From the NCBI RefSeq assembly GCF_009914755.1, contig NC_060929.1: DNA of 64,000 bases; one strand, written 5' to 3'. The stretch's first letter is position 1. The number at the start of each line of letters is the position of its first letter. Both the position numbers and the translations under genes were made by a program. The stretch comes from the human T2T-CHM13v2.0 reference genome, Homo sapiens. Shown in pieces: positions 1 through 11,000 of the stretch. The notes under the pieces are model-generated. The model was given only the letters and a program-made list of their open reading frames with translations. It was not told the DNA's origin and ran no database searches.

Positions 1-502
1 TCCGCCATAGCCCTCAAAGAGCTCCAAATATCCACTTTCAGATTCTACAGAGTGTTTCAAAACTGCTCTATCCAAAAAAAGTTTCAACTCGGTGAGTCGA
101 ATGCACATATCACAAAGCAGTTTCTGAGAATGCTTTCGTCTATTTTTCCCAGGAAGATATTTCCTTTTGGACCGTAGGCCTCAAATCGCTCCAGATATCC
201 ACATGCAGATTCTACAAAAAGAGTGTTTCCAAACTGCCCTATCAAAAGGAAGGTTCAACTCTGGTAGTTGAATGCAAACATCACAAAGAAGTTTCTCAGA
301 ATGCTTCTGTCTAGTTGTCATAGGCAGATATTTCTTTTTCTACCATAGGCCTCAAAGCGCTCCAAATATCCACTTGCAGATCCTCCAAAAACAGTGTTTC
401 AAAACTGCTCCATAAAAAGGAAGGTTCAACTCTGTGAGTTGAATGGACAGACCACAAAGAAGTTTCTGAGAATGCTTCTGTCTAGTGTTTATGTGAAGAT
501 AT

Positions 503-519
503 TCCCGTTTCCGATGAAG
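503..519 (-). other. Degenerate CENP-B box (B monomer), repeated in each HOR
   Basis: TCCCGTTTCCGATGAAG vs canonical TCCCGTTTCCAACGAAG. The required CGAA is TGAA (CpG>TpG). Confidence 0.85.
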
Positions 520-843
520 GCCTCAAAGCAGTCCAAATATCCACTTGCAGATTCTACAAAAATAGTGCTTCAAAACTACTCTATGGAAAGGTATGTTCAA
601 CACTGTGAGATGAATGCAAACGTCACAAAGAAGTTGCTGAGAAGGCTTCAGTCTAGTTTCTATGGGAAGACATTTCCTTTTGCACCACAGCCCCCAAAGC
701 ACTCCAAATGTCTACTTGCAGATTCGATAAAAGAGTTTTACCACACTGCTCTATCAAAAGAAAGGTTCAACGCTGTGAGTTGAATCCACATATCACGAAA
801 AAGTTTCTGAGAATGCCTCTATCTACGTTTTATGTGAAGATAT

Positions 844-860
844 TCCGGATTCCAACGAAG
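844..860 (-). other. Degenerate CENP-B box (B monomer), repeated in each HOR
   Basis: TCCGGATTCCAACGAAG. CGAA is intact but the required CCCG is CCGG. Confidence 0.85.
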
Positions 861-951
861 GCCTCAAAGCGCTCCAAATATCTACTTGCAGATTCTAGAA
901 AAAGAGTGTTTCAAAACTGCTCTATTAAAGGAAGGTTCAACTCTGTGAGTT

Positions 952-957
952 GAATTC
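952..957. other. EcoRI site (GAATTC) marking HOR periodicity, typically one per ~2.2-kb unit
   Basis: TGAATTCACA at 951-960 and at the same position in later copies. It is lost in copy 16 (GAAGTC at 34162-34167). Confidence 0.85.
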
Positions 958-1013
958 ACACATCACAAAGTACTTTCTGACAATGCTTCTATCTAGTTTT
1001 TATGTGAAGATAT

Positions 1014-1030
1014 TACTGTTTCCTATGAAG
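1014..1030 (-). other. Strongly degenerate CENP-B box (B monomer)
   Basis: TACTGTTTCCTATGAAG. Both CpG-containing core halves are broken. Confidence 0.75.
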
Positions 1031-1355
1031 GCCTCAATGTGGTCCGAATATCCACTTGCAGATTCTACAAAAAGAGGTTTTCAAAACTGCTCTATGAAGA
1101 GGTATGTTCAAGTCTGTGAGTTGAATGCAAACATCACGAAGCAGTTTCTGAGAATGCTTCTGTCTAGTTTTTAGGGGCAGATATTTCCGTTGGCACAATA
1201 GCCCTCAAAGCGCTCCAAATATCCACTGGCAGATTCTACCAAAAGAGTGTTTCAAAACTGCTCTGTCAAAAGAAACGTTCAACTCTGTTAGTTGAATGCC
1301 CACATCACAAAGAAGATTCTGAGAATATTTCTGTCTAGTTTTTATTAGAAGATAT

Positions 1356-1372
1356 TCCCGTTTCCAGCAAAG
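1356..1372 (-). other. Degenerate CENP-B box (B monomer)
   Basis: TCCCGTTTCCAGCAAAG here and TCCCGTTTCCACCAAAG in most copies. CGAA is CAAA (CpG>CpA). Confidence 0.82.
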
Positions 1373-1526
1373 GACACAAAGCGAAGCCAACTATCCGCTT
1401 GCAGATCTTACGAAAACACGTTTCAAAACTGCTCTTTCAAAGGAAAGGTTCATCTCTCTGGGTTCAACGCACACATCACAAAGAAGTTTCTGAGAATGCT
1501 TCTGGCTAGTTTGTGTGTGAAGATAT

Positions 1527-1543
1527 TCCCATTTCCAACAAAG
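1527..1543 (-). other. Degenerate CENP-B box (B monomer)
   Basis: TCCCATTTCCAACAAAG. Both CpGs are converted to CpA. Confidence 0.82.
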
Positions 1544-1695
1544 GCTTCAAAGCCCTCCAAATATTCACCTGCAATTGTTCAAAAGAGTGTTTCAAAACTG
1601 TTCTATCAAAAGGAAGGTTCAACTCTGTGAGTTGAATGCACGCTTCACATAAATGGTTCTGAGAATGCTTCTTTCTAGTTTTTATGTGAAGATAT

Positions 1696-1712
1696 TTCCT
1701 TCTCCACCATAG
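1696..1712 (-). other. pJalpha-type (A) box, representative of 7 A-type monomers per HOR
   Basis: TTCCTTCTCCACCATAG resembles the A-box consensus TTCCTTTTYCACCRTAG and sits at the same monomer position as the B boxes. Coordinates are +/-1. Confidence 0.7.
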
Positions 1713-2037
1713 CCCTCAAAGCGCTCCAAGTGTCCCCTGGCAGATTCCACAGAAACAGTATTTCAAAACTGCTCTAACAAAAGAAAGATTCAACTGCGTG
1801 ATTTGAATGCACACATCACAAAGCATTTTCTGTGAATCCTTCTGTCTAGTTTTTATATGAGGATATTTCCTTTTCTACCACGGGCATCCAAGCGTTCCAA
1901 TTCTCCAATTGTAGATTGCACAAACAGAATGTTTCAAAACTGCTCCATGAGAAGGAAGATTCAAATTTGGGAGTACAATGCACACATCACGAAGAAGTTT
2001 CTGAGAATGCTTCTGTCTAGTTTATATGTGAAGATAT

Positions 2038-2054
2038 TCCCGTTTCCAGCAAAG
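2038..2054 (-). other. Degenerate CENP-B box (B monomer)
   Basis: TCCCGTTTCCAGCAAAG. CGAA is CAAA. Confidence 0.82.
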
Positions 2055-5000
2055 GTCTCAAAGCGGTCCAAATATCCACTTGCGGATCCCACAAACAGAG
2101 TGTTTCAAAACTGCTCTACGGAAAGGTATGTTCAACTCTGTGAGTTTACTGCAAACATCCTAAAGAAGTTTCTGGGAATGCTGCTGTCTAGTTTAATGTG
2201 AATATCTTTTCTTTTCCGCCATAGCCCTCAAAGAGCTCCAAATATCCACTTTCAGATTCTACAGAGTGTTTCAAAACTGCTCTATCCAAAAAAAGTTTCA
2301 ACTCGGTGAGTCGAATGCACATATCACAAAGCAGTTTCTGAGAATGCTTTCGTCTATTTTTCCCAGGAAGATATTTCCTTTTGGACCGTAGGCCTCAAAT
2401 CGCTCCAGATATCCACATGCAGATTCTACAAAAAGACTGTTTCCAAACTGCCCTATCAAAAGGAAGGTTCAACTCTGGTAGTTGAATGCAAACATCACAA
2501 AGAAGTTTCTCAGAATGCTTCTGTCTAGTTGTCATAGGCAGATATTTCTTTTTCTACCATAGGCCTCAAAGCGCTCCAAATATCCACTTGCAGATCCTCC
2601 AAAAACAGTGTTTCAAAACTGCTCCATAAAAAGGAAGGTTCAACTCTGTGAGTTGAATGGACAGACCACAAAGAAGTTTCTGAGAATGCTTCTGTCTAGT
2701 GTTTATGTGAAGATATTCCCGTTTCCGATGAAGGCCTCAAAGCAGTCCAAATATCCACTTGCAGATTCTACAAAAATAGTGCTTCAAAACTACTCTATGG
2801 AAAGGTATGTTCAACACTGTGAGATGAATGCAAACGTCACAAAGAAGTTGCTGAGAAGGCTTCAGTCTAGTTTCTATGGGAAGACATTTCCTTTTGCACC
2901 ACAGCCCCCAAAGCACTCCAAATGTCTACTTGCAGATTCGATAAAAGAGTTTTACAACACTGCTCTATCAAAAGAAAGGTTCAACGCTGTGAGTTGAATC
3001 CACATATCACGAAAAAGTTTCTGAGAATGCCTCTATCTACGTTTTATGTGAAGATATTCCGGATTCCAACGAAGGCCTCAAAGCGCTCCAAATATCTACT
3101 TGCAGATTCTAGAAAAAGAGTGTTTCAAAACTGCTCTATTAAAGGAAGGTTCAACTCTGTGAGTTGAATTCACACATCACAAAGAACTTTCTGACAATGC
3201 TTCTATCTAGTTTTTATGTGAAGATATTACTGTTTCCTATGAAGGCCTCAAAGTGGTCCGAATATCCACTTGCAGATTCTACAAAAAGAGGTTTTCAAAA
3301 CTGCTCTATGAAGAGGTATGTTCAAGTCTGTGAGTTGAATGCAAACATCACGAAGCAGTTTCTGAGAATGCTTCTGTCTAGTTTTTAGGGGCAGATATTT
3401 CCGTTGGCACAATAGCCCTCAAAGCGCTCCAAATATCCACTGGCAGATTCTACCAAAAGAGTGTTTCAAAACTGCTCTGTGAAAAGAAACGTTCAACTCT
3501 GTTAGTTGAATGCCCACATCACAAAGAAGATTCTGAGAATATTTCTGTCTAGTTTTTATTAGAAGATATTCCCGTTTCCACCAAAGGACACAAAGCGAAG
3601 CCAACCATCCGCTTGCAGATCTTACAAAAACACGTTTCAAAACTGCTCTTTCAAAGGAAAGGTTCATCTCTCTGGGTTCAACGCACACATCACAAAGAAG
3701 TTTCTGAGAATGCTTCTGGCTAGTTTGTGTGTGAAGATATTCCCATTTCCAACAAAGGCTTCAAAGCCCTCCAAATATTCACCTGCAATTGTTCAAAAGA
3801 GTGTTTCAAAACTGTTCTATCAAAAGGAAGGTTCAACTCTGTGAGTTGAAGGCACGCTTCACATAAATGGTTCTGAGAATGCTTCTTTCTAGTTTTTATG
3901 TGAAGATATTTCCTTCTCCACCATAGCCCTCAAAGCGCTACAAGTGTCCGCTGGCAGATTCCACAGAAACAGTGTTTCAAAACTGCTCTAACAAAAGAAA
4001 GATTCAACTGCGTGATTTGAATGCACACATCACAAAGCATTTTCTGTGAATCCTTCTGTCTAGTTTTTATATGAGGATATTTCCTTTTCTACCACGGGCA
4101 TCCAAGCGTTCCAATTCTCCAATTGTAGATTGCACAAACAGTGTGTTTCAAAACTGCTCCATGAGAAGGAAGATTCAAATTTGGGAGTACAATGCACACA
4201 TCACGAAGAAGTTTCTGAGAATGCTTCTGTCTAGTTTATATGTGAAGATATTCCCGTTTCCAGCAAAGGTCTCAAAGCGGTCCAAATATCCACTTGCGGA
4301 TCCCACAAACAGAGTGTTTCAAAACTGCTCTACGGAAAGGTATGTTCAACTCTGTGAGTTTACTGCAAACATCCTAAAGAAGTTTCTGGGAATGCTGCTG
4401 TCTAGTTTAATGTGAATATATTTTCTTTTCCGCCATAGCCCTCAAAGAGCTCCAAATATCCACTTTCAGATTCTACAGAGTGTTTCAAAACTGCTCTATC
4501 CAAAAAAAGTTTCAACTCGGTGAGTCGAATGCACATATCACAAAGCAGTTTCTGAGGATGCTTTCGTCTATTTTTCCCAGGAAGATATTTCCTTTTGGAC
4601 CGTAGGCCTCAAATCGCTCCAGATATCCACATGCAGATTCTACAAAAAGAGTGTTTCCAAACTGCCCTATCAAAAGGAAGGTTCAACTCTGGTAGTTGAA
4701 TGCAAACATCACAAAGAAGTTTCTCAGAATGCTTCTGTCTAGTTGTCATAGGCAGATATTTCTTTTTCTACCATAGGCCTCAAAGCGCTCCAAATATCCA
4801 CTTGCAGATCCTCCAAAAACAGTGTTTCAAAACTGCTCCATAAAAAGGAAGGTTCAACTCTGTGAGTTGAATGGACAGACCACAAAGAAGTTTCTGAGAA
4901 TGCTTCTGTCTAGTGTTTATGTGAAGATATTCCCGTTTCCGATGAAGGCCTCAAAGCAGTCCAAATATCCACTTGCAGATTCTACAAAAATAGTGCTTCA

Positions 5001-8000
5001 AAACTACTCTATGGAAAGGTATGTTCAACACTGTGAGATGAATGCAAACGTCACAAAGAAGTTGCTGAGAATGCTTCAGTCTAGTTTCTATGGAAAGACA
5101 TTTCCTTTTGCACCACAGCCCCCAAAGCACTCCAAATGTCTACATGCAGATTCGATAAAAGAGTTTTACAAAACTGCTCTATCAAAAGAAAGGTTCAACG
5201 CTGTGAGTTGAATCCACATATCACGAAAAAGTTTCTGAGAATGCCTCTATCTACGTTTTATGTGAAGATATTCCGGATTCCAACGAAGGCCTCAAAGCGC
5301 TCCAAATATCTACTTGCAGATTCTAGAAAAAGAGTGTTTCAAAACTGCTCTATTAAAGGAAGGTTCAACTCTGTGAGTTGAATTCACACATCACAAAGAA
5401 CTTTCTGACAATGCTTCTATCTAGTTTTTATGTGAAGATATTACTGTTTCCTATGAAGGCCTCAAAGTGGTCCGAATATCCACTTGCAGATTCTACAAAA
5501 AGAGGTTTTCAAAACTGCTCTATGAAGAGGTATGTTCAAGTCTGTGAGTTGAATGCAAACATCACGAAGCAGTTTCTGAGAATGCTTCTGTCTAGTTTTT
5601 AGGGGCAGATATTTCCGTTGGCACAATAGCCCTCAAAGCGCTCCAAATATCCACTGGCAGATTCTACCAAAAGAGTGTTTCAAAACTGCTCTGTGAAAAG
5701 AAACGTTCAACTGTGTTAGTTGAATGCCCACATCACAAAGAAGATTCTGAGAATATTTCTGTCTAGTTTTTATTAGAAGATATTCCCGTTTCCACCAAAG
5801 GACACAAAGCGAAGCCAACCATCCGCTTGCAGATCTTACAAAAACACGTTTCAAAACTGCTCTTTCAAAGGAAAGGTTCATCTCTCTGGGTTCAACGCAC
5901 ACATCACAAAGAAGTTTCTGAGAATGCTTCTGGCTAGTTTGTGTGTGAAGATATTCCCATTTCCAACAAAGGCTTCAAAGCCCTCCAAATATTCACCTGC
6001 AATTGTTCAAAAGAGTGTTTCAAAACTGTTCTATCAAAAGGAAGGTTCAACTCTGTGAGTTGAAGGCACGCTTCACATAAATGGTTCTGAGAATGCTTCT
6101 TTCTAGTTTTTATGTGAAGATATTTCCTTCTCCACCATAGCCCTCAAAGCGCTCCAAGTGTCCGCTGGCAGATTCCACAGAAACAGTGTTTCAAAACTGC
6201 TCTAACAAAAGAAAGATTCAACTGCGTGATTTGAATGCACACATCACAAAGCATTTTCTGTGAATCCTTCTGTCTAGTTTTTATATGAGGATATTTCCTT
6301 TTCTACCACGGGCATCCAAGCGTTCCAATTCTCCAATTGTAGATTGCACAAACAGAGTGTTTCAAAACTGCTCCATGAGAAGGAAGATTCAAATTTGGGA
6401 GTACAATGCACACATCACGAAGAAGTTTCTGAGAATGCTTCTGTCTAGTTTATATGTGAAGATATTCCCGTTTCCAGCAAAGGTCTCAAAGCGGTCCAAA
6501 TATCCACTTGCGGATCCCACAAACAGAGTGTTTCAAAACTGCTCTACGGAAAGGTATGTTCAACTCTGTGAGTTTACTGCAAACATCCTAAAGAAGTTTC
6601 TGGGAATGCTGCTGTCTAGTTTAATGTGAATATATTTTCTTTTCCGCCATAGCCCTCAAAGAGCTCCAAATATCCACTTTCAGATTCTACAGAGTGTTTC
6701 AAAACTGCTCTATCCAAAAAAAGTTTCAACTCGGTGAGTCGAATGCACATATCACAAAGCAGTTTCTGAGGATGCTTTCGTCTATTTTTCCCAGGAAGAT
6801 ATTTCCTTTTGGACCGTAGGCCTCAAATCGCTCCAGATATCCACATGCAGATTCTACAAAAAGAGTGTTTCCAAACTGCCCTATCAAAAGGAAGGTTCAA
6901 CTCTGGTAGTTGAATGCAAACATCACAAAGAAGTTTCTCAGAATGCTTCTGTCTAGTTGTCATAGGCAGATATTTCTTTTTCTACCATAGGCCTCAAAGC
7001 GCTCCAAATATCCACTTGCAGATCCTCCAAAAACAGTGTTTCAAAACTGCTCCATAAAAAGGAAGGTTCAACTCTGTGAGTTGAATGGACAGACCACAAA
7101 GAAGTTTCTGAGAATGCTTCTGTCTAGTGTTTATGTGAAGATATTCCCGTTTCCGATGAAGGCCTCAAAGCAGTCCAAATATCCACTTGCAGATTCTACA
7201 AAAATAGTGCTTCAAAACTACTCTATGGAAAGGTATGTTCAACACTGTGAGATGAATGCAAACGTCACAAAGAAGTTGCTGAGAATGCTTCAGTCTAGTT
7301 TCTATGGGAAGACATTTCCTTTTGCACCACAGCCCCCAAAGCACTCCAAATGTCTACATGCAGATTCGATAAAAGAGTTTTACAAAACTGCTCTATCAAA
7401 AGAAAGGTTCAACGCTGTGAGTTGAATCCACATATCACGAAAAAGTTTCTGAGAATGCCTCTATCTACGTTTTATGTGAAGATATTCCGGATTCCAACGA
7501 AGGCCTCAAAGCGCTCCAAATATCTACTTGCAGATTCTAGAAAAAGAGTGTTTCAAAACTGCTCTATTAAAGGAAGGTTCAACTCTGTGAGTTGAATTCA
7601 CACATCACAAAGAACTTTCTGACAATGCTTCTATCTAGTTTTTATGTGAAGATATTACTGTTTCCTATGAAGGCCTCAAAGTGGTCCGAATATCCACTTG
7701 CAGATTCTACAAAAAGAGGTTTTCAAAACTGCTCTATGAAGAGGTATGTTCAAGTCTGTGAGTTGAATGCAAACATCACGAAGCAGTTTCTGAGAATGCT
7801 TCTGTCTAGTTTTTAGGGGCAGATATTTCCGTTGGCACAATAGCCCTCAAAGCGCTCCAAATATCCACTGGCAGATTCTACCAAAAGAGTGTTTCAAAAC
7901 TGCTCTGTGAAAAGAAACGTTCAACTCTGTTAGTTGAATGCCCACATCACAAAGAAGATTCTGAGAATATTTCTGTCTAGTTTTTATTAGAAGATATTCC

Positions 8001-11000
8001 CGTTTCCACCAAAGGACACAAAGCGAAGCCAACCATCCGCTTGCAGATCTTACAAAAACACGTTTCAAAACTGCTCTTTCAAAGGAAAGGTTCATCTCTC
8101 TGGGTTCAACGCACACATCACAAAGAAGTTTCTGAGAATGCTTCTGGCTAGTTTGTGTGTGAAGATATTCCCATTTCCAACAAAGGCTTCAAAGCCCTCC
8201 AAATATTCACCTGCAATTGTTCAAAAGAGTGTTTCAAAACTGTTCTATCAAAAGGAAGGTTCAACTCTGTGAGTTGAAGGCACGCTTCACATAAATGGTT
8301 CTGAGAATGCTTCTTTCTAGTTTTTATGTGAAGATATTTCCTTCTCCACCATAGCCCTCAAAGCGCTCCTAGTGTCCGCTGGCAGATTCCACAGAAACAG
8401 TGTTTCAAAACTGCTCTAACAAAAGAAAGATTCAACTCCGTGATTTGAATGCACACATCACAAAGCATTTTCTGTGAATCCTTCTGTCTAGTTTTTATAT
8501 GAGGATATTTCCTTTTCTACCACGGGCATCCAAGCGTTCCAATTCTCCAATTGTAGATTGCACAAACAGAGTGTTTCAAAACTGCTCCATGAGAAGGAAG
8601 ATTCAAATTTGGGAGTACAATGCACACATCACGAAGAATTTTCTGAGAATGCTTCTGTCTAGTTTATATGTGAAGATATTCCCGTTTCCAGCAAAGGTCT
8701 CAAAGCGGTCCAAATATCCACTTGCGGATCCCACAAACAGAGTGTTTCAAAACTGCTCTACGGAAAGGTATGTTCAACTCTGTGAGTTTACTGCAAACAT
8801 CCTAAAGAAGTTTCTGGGAATGCTGCTGTCTAGTTTAATGTGAATATATTTTCTTTTCCGCCATAGCCCTCAAAGAGCTCCAAATATCCACTTTCAGATT
8901 CTACAGAGTGTTTCAAAACTGCTCTATCCAAAAAAAGTTTCAACTCAGTGAGTCGAATGCACATATCACAAAGCAGTTTCTGAGGATGCTTTCGTCTATT
9001 TTTCCCAGGAAGATATTTCCTTTTGGACCGTAGGCCTCAAATCGCTCCAGATATCCACATGCAGATTCTACAAAAAGAGTGTTTCCAAACTGCCCTATCA
9101 AAAGGAAGGTTCAACTCTGGTAGTTGAATGCAAACATCACAAAGAAGTTTCTCAGAATGCTTCTGTCTAGTTGTCATAGGCAGATATTTCTTTTTCTACC
9201 ATAGGCCTCAAAGCGCTCCAAATATCCACTTGCAGATCCTCCAAAAACAGTGTTTCAAAACTGCTCCATAAAAAGGAAGGTTCAACTCTGTGAGTTGAAT
9301 GGACAGACCACAAAGAAGTTTCTGAGAATGCTTCTGTCTAGTGTTTATGTGAAGATATTCCCGTTTCCGATGAAGGCCTCAAAGCAGTCCAAATATCCAC
9401 TTGCAGATTCTACAAAAATAGTGCTTCAAAACTACTCTATGGAAAGGTATGTTCAACACTGTGAGATGAATGCAAACGTCACAAAGAAGTTGCTGAGAAT
9501 GCTTCAGTCTAGTTTCTATGGGAAGACATTTCCTTTTGCACCACAGCCCCCAAAGCACTCCAAATGTCTACTTGCAGATTCGATAAAAGAGTTTTACAAC
9601 ACTGCTCTATCAAAAGAAAGGTTCAACGCCGTGAGTTGAATCCACATATCACGAAAAAGTTTCTGAGAATGCCTCTATCTACGTTTTATGTGAAGATATT
9701 CCGGATTCCAACGAAGGCCTCAAAACGCTCCAAATATCTACTTGCAGATTCTAGAAAAAGAGTGTTTCAAAACTGCTCTATTAAAGGAAGGTTCAACTCT
9801 GTGAGTTGAATTCACACATCACAAAAACTTTCTGACAATGCTTCTATCTAGTTTTTATGTGAAGATATTACTGTTTCCTATGAAGGCCTCAAAGTGGTCC
9901 GAATATCCACTTGCAGATTCTACAAAAAGAGGTTTTCAAAACTGCTCTATGAAGAGGTATGTTCAAGTCTGTGAGTTGAATGCAAACATCACGAAGCAGT
10001 TTCTGAGAATGCTTCTGTCTAGTTTTTAGGGGCAGATATTTCCGTTGGCACAATAGCCCTCAAAGCGCTCCAAATATCCACTGGCAGATTCTACCAAAAG
10101 AGTGTTTCAAAACTGCTCTGTGAAAAGAAACGTTCAACTGTGTTAGTTGAATGCCCACATCACAAAGAAGATTCTGAGAATATTTCTGTCTAGATTTTAT
10201 TAGAAGATATTCCCGTTTCCACCAAAGGACACAAAGCGAAGCCAACTATCCGCTTGCAGATCTTACAAAAACACGTTTCAAAACTGCTCTTTCAAAGGAA
10301 AGGTTCATCTCTCTGGGTTCAACGCACACATCACAAAGAAGTTTCTGAGAATGCTTCTGGCTAGTTTGTGTGTGAAGATATTCCCATTTCCAACAAAGGC
10401 TTCAAAGCCCTCCAAATATTCACCTGCAATTGTTCAAAAGAGTGTTTCAAAACTGTTCTATCAAAAGGAAGGTTCAACTCTGTGAGTTGAATGCACGCTT
10501 CACATAAACGGTTCTGAGAATGCTTCTTTCTAGTTTTTATGTGAAGATATTTCCTTCTCCACCATAGCCCTCAAAGCGCTCCAAGTGTCCGCTGGCAGAT
10601 TCCACAGAAACAGTGTTTCAAAACTGCTCTAACAAAAGAAAGATTCAACTGCGTGATTTGAATGCACACATCACAAAGCATTTTCTGTGAATCCTTCTGT
10701 CTAGTTTTTATATGAGGATATTTCCTTTTCTACCACGGGCATCCAAGCGTTCCAATTCTCCAATTGTAGATTGCACAAACAGAGTGTTTCAAAACTGCTC
10801 CATGAGAAGGAAGATTCAAATTTGGGAGTACAATGCACACATCACGAAGAAGTTTCTGAGAATGCTTCTGTCTAGTTTATATGTGAAGATATTCCCGTTT
10901 CCAGCAAAGGTCTCAAAGCGGTCCAAATATCCACTTGCGGATCCCACAAACAGAGTGTTTCAAAACTGCTCTACGGAAAGGTATGTTCAACTCTGTGAGT

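Larger units (their letters stand above)
1..2214 (-). repeat. Reference HOR unit (copy 1; phase set by window start): 13 monomers, box order A-A-A-B-A-B-B-A-B-B-A-A-B
   Basis: Box regions read directly: ~1 (TTTTCCGCCATAG, A), ~161 (TTCCTTTTGGACCGTAG, A), ~332 (TTCTTTTTCTACCATAG, A), 503 (B), ~674 (TTCCTTTTGCACCACAG, A), 844 (B), 1014 (B), ~1185 (TTCCGTTGGCACAATAG, A), 1356 (B), 1527 (B), ~1696 (TTCCTTCTCCACCATAG, A), ~1867 (TTCCTTTTCTACCACGG, A), 2038 (B). Later copies start at about 2215, 4429, 6643, 8857, 11070, 13284, 15498, 17712, 19926, 22139, 24354, 26568, 28782, 30996, 33211, 35426, 37641, 39853, 42066, 44279, 46492, 48705, 50919, 53133, 55346, 57560, 59774, 61988. Confidence 0.92.

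Noticed and set aside
41-56. 4-bp deletion in monomer 1 (GATTCTACAGAGTG vs GATTCTACAAAAAGAGTG)
   Set aside because: It is fixed in the copies inspected. It is a monomer-identity marker that helps explain 2214 versus 2223 bp, with no functional evidence.
420-445. Short dyad TTCAACTC-TGT-GAGTTGAA as a terminator or structured RNA
   Set aside because: It is an ordinary part of the alpha-satellite consensus, present in many monomers. It has no gene context, and nothing about it is specific to this window.
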